The position numbers and the translations under genes are program-made. Source: Tubiluchus corallicola (Eukaryota; Animalia; Priapulida). Taken from it: a DNA stretch of 64,000 nt. The DNA lies in the NCBI GenBank assembly GCA_030141605.1, contig JAQGDQ010000187.1:310001-374000 (forward strand). Direction: 5' to 3'. The first letter of the stretch is position 1. Every line of letters starts with the position of its first letter. The notes beneath the pieces were generated by a model. That model did not search any database. It saw nothing but the letters and a program-made list of their open reading frames with translations, and was not told the DNA's origin. Of this stretch, positions 46,601 to 58,600 are shown one piece after another.

Positions 46601-49600
46601 ATTGGTCAATTGTAACGCTTGGAAACAAGATACTGAAGTCTGGAATCATTTTCTTCCCCTGTTTGATCAGTTCATTCGAAAACCCGCCTTTTCATGCTTA
46701 CTTGTGTTTGCATGTTTGCATAAAATAAAAACATGTTTGGGTGATTTTTAATGACTGTAATCCACAGAAGACCGATCTGAAGAGTTTGGTAGAAATGGCA
46801 ATAGGTGACTTTCAGCGTGAAGTAGCTGACTCTGTTAAGGTAAGCAAAGCAGCGTTGCCTAGCTGAGATGATTTTTTTATCTGCTGTCTCTGTGATTATA
46901 TACTAATGTGCACTTTCAGGTATTGCAAAGTCAAACCTTGTTTTTTTACAAACTTGGTGAGATAGAGGTGCTTAAATGCCTTTATATATGAGTACAGATT
47001 GATATGGCTGGTATTTGATGCAAGTTGTTATATACTAAAAGCTAACGAGTTTTTCTTCAATTAGTCAGAAAGGTAAAATCCTCGCTCTTATGCCATTGTA
47101 GAGTTTTGGCTTGCAGGATTTCAGATTGATAAAAAAGTCAGTAATCTGTCACCTGGTATTTTTCAGATGATTTATAGCATGATTTCAGATGGTTTAAGCA
47201 GTCGATGGAAGTTTAAACCAAGTGATTTACTTTTTACAGGCATTGCATGCTGTTGACGTGAGCACTTTTATCAAATTCCTTCCACCGATACTGAACCAAG
47301 TATTTCGTATATTGACCAGCACGGCCAGCGATGATGTTGCACAGAACGCAGTTAGATTACTGATTCATATTGTACATGTGATACATGTAGCTGGTAAACC
47401 CGACATCCTTAATTCTTATGTGAAGGTATGGATGATAACTTTGAATATTAAATATTGCATTAATGCATGATAATTTCTAACATTTTGTTTACATTTTTAA
47501 TGCTTGCAGGCATAAAGCAAGAATTGACAGATTCATAGTGCCTGATTGTAAGAATGTCCCTGATTTTTCATTTTCTATCTTTCGTTTTTATTTAGCAATA
47601 AATAAACACCTAGCCTAATATAATCTGCTTTAATGTAGTTATGAAGCCAAATCTGCCCAAGTTCTGAGTTACTGTGAAACATACCTGTCTTGTAAGACAC
47701 GCTTTGACAGATTCATAGTGCCTGATTGTAAGAATGTGCCTGATTTTTCGTTTTATATCTTTCGTTTTTATTTAGCAATTTGCTGTTAAATGTTTTGGGT
47801 TATATAAGAACAGAATATCACTTTTTATTCTTTGACAAACAGTACTGTCAAATAGTGGGTTGCTTCACTGTTTTAGCATGTATTTGTGACCACTCCTGAG
47901 AGCAACAACAAGAAGACAGTGCACGAAGAATTGGCAAAGAATCTTTCATCAACCCTCCGACCTGCCAATGCTGATTTGATATTGATCAATAATTTGCTAG
48001 GTCATTCGTGGTTCTTTTTTGAAATAATAATCAAGAGCATGGCACAGCATCTAATCGACACAGAGAAGATAAAGGTGTGCAGTAGTTATGTAACAGGGTT
48101 GTGTAACCTTTGCTGCATTATTATTTTAATTGATGATGCTATGTACTGTATTTGTCATGTTAAATTTAAAAATGATCAATTCATAATACAGAAAATGTGA
48201 AAGTTTCACTGAGCTTGAAATCAAACCTGAAACCTTTGCGGCACACAATCATTACTATTTTACTACTGGTTTGGCAAGTCTAGATTCACTCTTAGTGGTA
48301 CAATAACTAGTAACTAAAGCAACTTCATATTTAGAGTAGCTATTAAGTTGAATTCTGTTGATAATTCATTTCTCGATAAGTGATAACGATCTTATAAACT
48401 GATAATTTGTGATAAATGCCACAAAAGCTTTATGTTCTTAATTATGTTTTGTTTTTTATTAGTGTATCGGGTAAAGACAGGCATAAATTGATGTGCACTG
48501 CAGTGCATCGCTATACAATATTTTGACAGTGTTGCAAGGTGTTTATGTGATCTCAACTTCGAAATTGATTTTAAAATATTTATTCCGGGTGTAATGTAAA
48601 TTTTGTGTACACTTTGTTGTTTGATAAATTAATATTCAGTTCATTGCTGTGCAAGCTGGGGCTTCAGCCTTCAAAGGCAGAGTCTACTGCTAATTTTGAT
48701 TAGTTTTGGCAGGCTGGAACTAATTCCTGGTCATAGATATTTTCTAAGAAGAGGCATTAAGTTGACGTTGATTCACAGGCACATTCGGATCAACCCCTAC
48801 TTTATGTAATTACTTGAAAGGTAATTACTCAGTTAGCAGGTGAAACTACCCAGAAGTAATTTCCTGGTACCCCCATGGCTTGGTGCTGCTCAGCTTCGAT
48901 TGCTCAGTATACATAATTACATAGTGACTTCTTAACTGTATTTAAGTTCTATCTCCATATCTTTTAACTTTTAGTTTCCTCGCAATGAGCGGTTTCCTTC
49001 GGACTTCCAATTTCGTGTTCAAACACTGGTACAAGCACTGGTGCAGCACATCATGCAAAAGTACAAGGACAACTTACTGGAAATTAGAAGTGCCAATATC
49101 AACCTGGCCAATTTTGTTAAAGTATGTCTGTTCATATGATTCTTTTACCATTTTTATAATTCATGGCTCATTACTTGCTACACTTTAGCCAATGTTATCA
49201 GTTTACGTAGAATGTGGTTCTGTCATGGTTTTTATGTGTTTTGTGTGTTCATTTCTGTCATCTTTTACAGCGTTGCTTCACATTTATGGATCGAGGTTTC
49301 GTCATGAAATTGATCAATTTGTACATGGATAAAGTCAACCCTTCAGGGTCGAAGGTTAAAAGATCTTTATTCTTATTCTTATATGATCATGTTTTTGATT
49401 TAAGAAAACAACAGTAAATCCTACTATTTTTCTTTTCTTCACTTTGCAATTGCTGTTTTTAGTGTTTTTGTTATTTGCAGTATTTTTGGTCTTTCTGTTT
49501 CTGTTTGCTAAACTTTTGACAGTCATATTTCTTAAATATTGCTAAAGGTATTTGCATACACTTAATCATTCGTCTGAAAGTAAGTCACACATTGCTGTAG

Positions 49601-52600
49601 AAAATTACTTTTCTGAAAGAACTAACTATTACAATTATTGTCACTTTCTAAAAGAACTTTTATTAATACATAACTTTAATGAATTCTGGTGAAAATTCAG
49701 TACACTCTCGTCACTCTAGAAATGTAATTAACTGCTGCTAAAAGCTTGTTTTGGAAAGAAAATTTGTTTTGGTTACTTGCTTCAATCATTTTTCGTTACT
49801 GACTTACTTACCGTTGCTTTTCCTGGACATTTTTTTACACGACTAGACCTGCTTACTTATGTTGTTTTTCATATTTTAGATGCTGTTTGAGTACAAGTTT
49901 GAGTTCTTGCGCATAGTCTGTAACCATGAACATTATGTAGCACTCAATTTGCCGTTAGTCCGACCAACTGCTATTAAGAACATTAAAGGTAATTGCATCT
50001 TACTGACTAGAATTGTTTTTACGAAATATTGATTAAAAATTTATTTAATGTAATGACAAAAGATGCCAGGTGTTTGAAAGGTAACATTTGGGTTTTGAGT
50101 AAATTGTTGATGGCTTGCTAATAAATATTTTGTGTACAGGTGACACATGAGAACAGGGCTAATTATATGTGTTTTAATTGGGGAACAAATCACATTTAAA
50201 ATGAAATTCCCTTTTTAGTAAACAACCGTATTAAGAAATTATAATAATATTGTAAATTTTTCCTAGCTGATTTGGAAATAATGGAAAAGCTGGCAGGTAT
50301 GTGTATGCACGACAAGGTTGTTTAGTTTGGTTTATTTTGGTTAGTGCACTACACCCCTTTCATAATTATTAGCTGTATGGTATTTAGCTGGTCTGGTCTG
50401 CTGTAACATTTTGTTCTTAACAAAAGAATAAAACTAGTTCTTTGGGCTTTACATAATATTTTATCCATTATTTTAACCTATGGTCTTGTGCAATTTACTG
50501 CCTGTTGGGAAGCATGGATTATCACACATCATGATTGTCGTATTAAAAATTTCTATAATTGTCATTAATTGGTGCCAAAATGTAACAAACAAATTTAGAG
50601 ATCTTAAAAAAGTCTGAGCCTAATATATTAGCTAATTACATCTTGCATGATCCTTATGCTAATTTAATTAAGATTTTATTTTCACAGAAATTGTTCTAAG
50701 ATGCCTTTTATACTATACCCCTGCACTTCATTAAAATAAATTTAAATTTAATTTTTATATTTTCACTCTCAGTCAGTTAGTTTGTATCATTTAGTTTTTG
50801 TATTACTTTACATTCAACTTCATTGGCGTATATTTATTTATAATATACAAAATTACAATATGCTATGCTAGTTTTTTAGTAGATTTGTAGACCATGAATT
50901 CCAAAAATGAACTTTTGCCTGCAAATGTTAGACTTGTAATTATTATACATTGCAGAATATTACTTTGAGTTTTTTCTCACGGACGAGTTCCGAACGAAAC
51001 ATTTTCTTTCTGGGCTGCTGCTGATAGAAGTTAAGTTTGCCTTGAAAGAATACAGGGAAATTCGTAAGATGGCCATTGCTACGATTTGCAATCTCTTTGC
51101 CAAGCATGCATTTGATGACAGATATTCCAGTCGAGTAAGTCTTCTTCGAGATCTAAAACCACAAAAAATCTAAAAAGTGATTGTGTTTTGTTTTGTTTTC
51201 ACGTTTGAAATGTTTCTGATCTGTTAACTTATTACTGTTGATTTTTTGTGCCTTTGCTGCTCACATTCATTTATATATATATATTGTGATATGTATGTAT
51301 ATATATTTGTAAGAACTAAAGTCTTGTTTTAAAGACTAATGTGCTTAACCAAATACTTATATGGCCTTCAAAAACATAATTCGAACCATATAAAATTATT
51401 GCCTATGTTTTTTAATTTCAGCGCCAGCAATCAAAAATAGTGTCACTGTATTTGCCATTTTTGGGCATATTGTTGGAAAATGTGAACAGGTTGACCGTCA
51501 GCCAGTTACAACGGCAAGATTCAACAGCAACGACAACATCACGAATGAGCATGGTTAGCATAACATCTTTGCCAAATGGAGATGCTAGTAGTCTGAGTGA
51601 TTTGTCACGGTTACCACCTACTCCTACCAGGTAATTGTTTTGCATCCACATTTTCAATTGAGATAATGTATCTACAGTTAAAGATGGCACTAGTCACTGA
51701 ACTTTTCATGAAAGCTGAAACCAATTGCTTAACCAACAGAATTAATATCGTAAAATTAGAAAAGTATTCTTTAAATAATATTTAGTTGAAACTGTTAATT
51801 GTAACTCTGTCGCAAAACTATAATTGAATACCCTTCTAATAAACTGTTTTGTCTTGTATACTTTGTCAGAGTAGTGTTCTTGTCAAGGCATTCGTTCAGA
51901 GAGTTTGGTTCACTTAACATTGGTTAACAATGTTGCAGTCTGCAGGTATTGTTAATGGCGTATTGTTTCTAGGAACTCAATTGCTTCAGAAGCAAAAGAG
52001 AAATCGGCTTCATTACTAAGAGAGCCTCTAAACCTGACTCTTATTGCAGATGGTAAGTGTTTTCTAAAATATTTTTCTGTGATATGAGTAAATTATGAAA
52101 CAAAGGTGAACTTTGAACATATCACTGTGAACATTGGCAAAATTTTATTCCTTTTTTCGTATTATATTTTGCACATACTTGCATTATTACTACATCTAGT
52201 AATATGTTTTTCAGTTCTGACTTTGAAAGGAATGTGTTGTGTCAAATTACTTTTATTATTTTTTAAGATCTGATTTAAATACACAAAGTTTTCCCTGGAT
52301 GTTTCTTTTGAAGTTGACAGCATTTTTCCAAACACGTCTTTTGTGAATACAAGTAGTTGTCAGCTTATGACAGCTATCGATTCTGCCGAATTAGTCGTAA
52401 AATGATTCGGACGCAAGTCGGACCCGTATGTTCAAGCGGTACACTCCTACACAAGCTATAGTGTGTGTGTGTGTGCCTGCGTGCGTGCGTGTGTGGTGTG
52501 TGTGTGTGCGTGTGTTTTGTGTGTGTGCTCGCCTGTACGTGCATGTGTGGTGTGGTGTGTGTGTGTGTGCGCGTGAGTGCGTGCGTGCGTGTGTGTGTTT

Positions 52601-55600
52601 GTGTATGTACACTGCCTATGGAATGAATTTTTCGAAACAGAGCAATTTAAAATTAATTCGCCTAAAAAATAGAAAGAAATATGAGTTATAATTTGTTTTG
52701 CATAGTAAATTAATTATGTTCAGGCCGTAAAGTCGAGTAGTGGTAAGTTGCATAGGTCATAAGTCAATGACTGCCTGTAAATTGAATGCATTATACTGCA
52801 ACAACTGCATTGTGTTTTGACTGGCCAAGCCTAAATGGCAAATGTGTGGTAAGAATAGGTCTATATTTCGTTTTTGTAATTGCAATTATAATACTTACTT
52901 GTCAAAAAAAAATTATACTTTTTTGTGGAAAATGAGTTTTGTCTTTTTTGACTGTAATTTGCCATTAATTTCGTGTTGTATTATTATAAACAACGCAATA
53001 CGACTGCTTAAACTTGCCTTCAAATTTCCGATGACAAACTGAGTGCTGAAATGGCATTGTGGCGCTAATATTTTTACAGTTTTTTTCAAACGGGTTGTGT
53101 TTGTAAGAAATTTTGACTGTCATTATTGGAATACATGTCATCTACGCTTTATTGCATATTTATAAAATTGTAATATATGTGAATTTGTAACTTTAGTAAA
53201 CTGTGCTGTTGTATTTGCAGGAAGTGTGGTCAGCAATGCTGTTCCTGCTGTCACTAGAAGTGACTCTGACAGCAGTGGCAGCAGTACTGCTACACTGCAG
53301 GATGGTGAAGGTGAAGGATCAGAAAACAGATCTCATTCAAGGTAAGTCGATGAACCACATATGCTACGTTGTTTTAGCAAGAAATGTAGATTTGACGACA
53401 TTATTTATGTTGCTTTAGGATATAACAATTACACTAGTTTTTTAGGTATTATGAATATTTCGTCCATTATTCACGATGCTTTTGAAAGCTAGTGTTATTA
53501 GTATTATCATCAATGCTAAGTCCCCATACACAAAAAATTAGTTTATGAAGTGGATTAAGGTTAGAGCTAGGGATAGGGTTAGGGTTAGCGTATTTAAATT
53601 GTGTGGGAAATTGTAAACTCTCCTGAATTTAAAACAGGATAGATTTTTGAGAAAATATTTCTGCAAATAATTATACTTGGATGTCATTTACTATAAAGCT
53701 ACCAGTTTGAACAATTTTTTTGCTGCTTTTCCTTTGTCTTTATCAATAACACAGTTTTTTTTGGAATGGCTCGTTAAGTTTATTAACATGCTAATTGCTC
53801 ATGTCCATGGGCATTAATGCCCACTACTAATGGAGCGATGGGGCATTAGTGGCCATTAATGCCCTGTCATTCTCATTTACGACTGCAGTTGTTTAAATAA
53901 GACCTGCTTTCTGAACATTAATATGCAGAGAATACCTTTTGTCTTGGTAGTAATTTATATTAGAATATTGAATAACTATGAGAAAGTTTAGCGATGGCAA
54001 TGTCTCCAGGATATTTTTTAAGATACTGTTACAGTAACTACTCATTACAGCAAATATATGTTTTTAATTTGTAGTGAGGTAAATAATATTGTAGTACACA
54101 TTTAAGTCATTCCATATTTGCCATGTCAATGATTGTAAATAAGTTAGTGGTTGTATTACTGACAGTTGTGATCTTACTCATTTCTTTCCTGCAGTTGTTT
54201 GTTACTGTTTAACTGTTTTCTTTGGTTTTTTGTAGATCACAGTCTGTGCAGCCATCGTCGGCACATGTTATTCGATATGATAAACTTGACAGAGATGAGC
54301 AGCGGGATCTGCTCATTTGCTTTCTGTACATCTTAGAGAACATAAGTGCAGGTGATTATTTATGTGTACTAAATTGTATGAAATTAGTCTTATGTTGAGA
54401 TTGCAGATTGCATTTTTAATTGTAGCTAAATGCAGTGAATTAAAAACAAAATGGTAGAACTTTTTTATTGGTATACAAAATACGAAAGTTATGTTTTATA
54501 TATTCTTGTTAAAGTTTTACTAGGTTGTATGTCGTAATTTATTTTGGAAATTAGCACAGTGCAAAATGCCGACGAGATATTAATTTATGTAAATTTTCTC
54601 TAATAACTGCAGATGCGTTTAACGTCATTTTTTATTTTTACTAATTCTTTGTTTTCGTACACTTTATAGTTACTTGTCATTTTCTTTTTGAATGCGTGAC
54701 AGTGCCAAGTTAATACTCTGATTCTTATTGAAATGATTCATCTACTTGTCTGACACAAAAATTTTTAGGTTTGTGCTGTGCATGTGACATGATGTTTATG
54801 GCCAACAAAATAATTCCATGTATAATTTATAAGCAAGACTTTTGACTTGTTGGAAGTTCTATTAAAGACAAAGCAAAATTTTATTTCATGATTACTTGTT
54901 CAGGTTCATAATAGTAATGGCAGGTCAACATTGGGCTTCAATTTCTTCTTAAAGTCCTTTTAACCTGTATGTATAAGAGCATTGGTATGTTTCAAAAGAT
55001 TCATGTGTATTATGATCTATAGTGTTTAACTTTTCTTTCAGAGTTACTGCTTGGATGGTGGCAAAATTGTTCTGATTCAGAACTATTGGATTTCTTTCGT
55101 GTGCTGGAACTGTCATTGTTGAATTTCAGATATTTAGGAAAGAAGAAATTGCACATGCAACAGTATGTACTGTTTATAATTTAATCGACTGTTTTTATTA
55201 TTAAATAAATATTTTGAATTTTGGCAAGTTACATTGACTGTTATGCTATTAGTGTAAGCCATTAAAATTGTGTTATGTTATTATTTGTAGGGCATTTTCA
55301 GTTATTAGTGGACAAAAGAAAAGTCAAACCCTACCAAACAGAAAAACGGCACCTTTACCACCCATTCGTACTGTTAGTACTTACAGTGACAAACCTGGTG
55401 TCGGTACGTCATATTTGGTTATTTATTAGCTTGAGATTTGCTAAACTACAAAGAAATTTTGTTCAAGTTTTAAGAGAACTATTTGTTTAAACATAGATTA
55501 ACTGTGAGTATTTTGCAGCATAGTAATGTTTAGCTGCAAATGTAAGTTTTATGTCAATTTGCAAAACTTAAGTCATATTATTCTATTAGCTGCTTCAGCT

Positions 55601-58600
55601 GTAAGCATGTATATTGATGTATTGATTTGTTTTTGATTTCTTTTTAAATCTTACCTATTTTCAGTACCAATCTCTGACGAGGTAGACACTTACACATCCT
55701 CACTGGCAGCTAATATGTGCACAGAAGTAGGCCTTATTATCTTAGATACCGTTGCTCTTTTTACCTCACAGTTTAAGGTAACTAAAATTATGTATTGTTA
55801 CGTTGATGTACGATAGAAAATGTGGTGACTGAAATTAATTTTGGACTAGATGCATTATACAAAAAGAAAATTTTATTTTGGCATCTCCTAAAATCATTGG
55901 AATGTGTGATAAAAATGAAAAACCCTTACCCACTGCGTTAACCAGAAATACAGATGGGCCTATAGTTCTTGTCTTTTGGAAAAGGCTGTTTTTTATTTTG
56001 TGTGTTGCTTCATTTCCCATACAGACGCACTTTCAACTCATAGGTTTTTTTCTATGGATGTTTAGTTGTTAAAACAAAAGAAATTGAATTAAATTAAGCT
56101 TTTTTGCTTGAAAGATAAGTGGTTTTATTCTACTTAGTACTTTTATTCTAAAAAATTTATGCACTGTGTAACATAATGCGACTGTTGTATGCGAATATTC
56201 CAGAATCAACTCCAGTTTCAGTCTGGTGATAATACATTGATGCGCAGAGTTTTCGACATCTACATGCTGTACTTACAGACTGGGCAGTCGGAAAAACTCT
56301 TAAAGCACGTTTTTGCGGCCTTGCGATGTTTTGTGAATAAGGTTAGTAGTAATTTGTCATTTTGACGAAACATATTCTAGAAAGTACAAAAACTGTGATA
56401 ATAATTGTCATCAATAACAACAAAAAATTTTAGTTTTTGCTCTGTTGATGTCAAATGTGCTGTGTTTAAATTTTATTGTTCATCTTTTTACTGTTCTAAC
56501 CTGTAGTTCATTTTTGTTCTTGGTACTATTAGAAAATTAAAAGTGGCCTACTATTTTGCATTGACAATTTTTTTTGCTTTTGCTTACAGTAGGGCATCAC
56601 AGCATCTGGGATATGTTCAGAGAATGGCTGTAGTAATTTTAAAGTGATTTTGCAGCAAAATTTTTTGGTTTCGTCAGTGGGTTTGAAATTCAAGCAGTCA
56701 AACAAATTAAATTTGCAATTTTTATCTTAACGCTAATGTCATTTTAGCTTCGAATATTTTTTATCCATTTAATATTTACTAATCTAATATTTAGCTAGCT
56801 AATTCTTTGTCTTTTGTATAAATTTTTATTTTATTTGTCTTGTAGTAGTATTTTTGAATAGAGATTTTTAAATTTTTTTGCTGGCTGTGATACTTGTTAT
56901 TTACTGAAATAACTATGAAATAAATAAATAAAATAAAAACTTTCAATTTGATTTTGGCTTTTCCAGAAAGGACAAAATCAAATTGAAAGTTTTTTGCCCT
57001 TTACAAGGTACAATATGTATAAAAATAATAATAATGTGAATGGATGTAATGGTTACATTGGAGCAAGACCCTCATTATTTATTAGCCACCCATAATTAAA
57101 GTCATAAATGTGAGATACTTCGGTTGATTACAAAAATTGCTTAGTAACTTATACCATAAAAAGTTTATCAACTTACTCTACTTTATCAACTCTATCAATC
57201 TAATCTACTTTTTAATTACTCCACAAAGGCCCAATTCATGTTTCTTTCAGTGTAGTGTCATCTAGTGTTTTGTGGCAGTTATTGTTTAGCTGGTGAAGGT
57301 CTATACATACTGCTTTGTCAGCAGTAGTAAAACATTTAAAACTGTCATTTGCTTTTATACTGTTTTGTTGTTTCTTTATTTTTAAAACTTTTAGACAATA
57401 TTCTTCATTGAACCAAATTTCAAAACTGCAGGAATTTAGAAAAAACGTTAAGAGAAATTTGTTAGAGAGAAATGGAAACTAGTTATGAGATGAAACAAGA
57501 ATAAATCAGTTGCGTGAGTTTTGTATCTCTTGCAAAAATAGTCTTGTGCTTACCATGCCAACAAAAAGATGAACTTTTATTAAAACATCTATGTAAGCTT
57601 ATTATTTCTCTATGCAGTAACACTTGTCTTATTGCCATAGTAAAGATAAATTTTCTGATGATTAAGTGTTCTCTATCATTTTTATGCTGTGCTACAAATA
57701 ATGATGCGTGTGTCATTTACTAAGATAAGTTACACTGTTACAGTGTCATGGCCTGGAGTGCATTTGCTAAGAAAGTTTAATAACTGCTGAGCTAAACTTT
57801 ACAAAAAAGGGGCACTACACTATGTCTTCCAGTTTTTATGAATGGTCCACTGTCTTTATCTCAGAGAGGACAAAACCACTCATTGCAATTTCATGGTTGA
57901 ATGCAGATAATAATGGCCATGTTGACTGAATGTCTGCTCTTTACCTGTGCATTGTGAGAGTGATAGTCTAAGAAGGATTATGCTATCTCTTTACCTTTTT
58001 TTGTAGTATACCATATCATTGTTTGAAGGCTCAGCCTTATTATGTGGATCTCTAATTTATGAGGTATGGGACAATTTGTTACTTTGTTTGAATTTTTGCA
58101 CTTTATTATTTTTGTCTTCTTTAATTATTATGATGTATTTTGCTTTCTTTGTTTTCATTTTTTGGCTTATGCTTATATTTACAGTAGAATAACGAATAAC
58201 AATACTAATAATTTATATTGCATTTACGTTTGTAAGCATAGCTAATTAAGCAAAATAAAAGTAAAAAACTTCATTGTTTTAATGTTCTTAACCATGCATC
58301 ATTAACCATTATATATTTTATATTGTCATATAGAGATCACCTTTTATACTAGTGTAAGTTTTTCCTTTTTTGTCCATAAATTCATAATTCTTCCTTAGGT
58401 CTATCAAAATTATACACACGTTTCATGTAGTATTGTAGTGTCATTGACTTCTGGTTTAGCTGGTGGCATTCGAGCATAACCTGTCTAGTGAGTAGCTGAA
58501 TGGTGTACACTAACTGAATTGCTATAATCACATAATTACAACATAAACATTGGAGAATAAGGAGAATTTGTGCTTTATTTACATTTGTGCTTGCATGTAC

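Noticed and set aside
46776-46800. Hammerhead-like CTGAAGA...GAAA string
   Set aside because: No stems I-III can be formed, and the sequence is better explained as a coding cassette exon.
52391-52691. His/Thr-rich and Val/Cys-rich ORFs
   Set aside because: They are translations of a (GT)n compound microsatellite.
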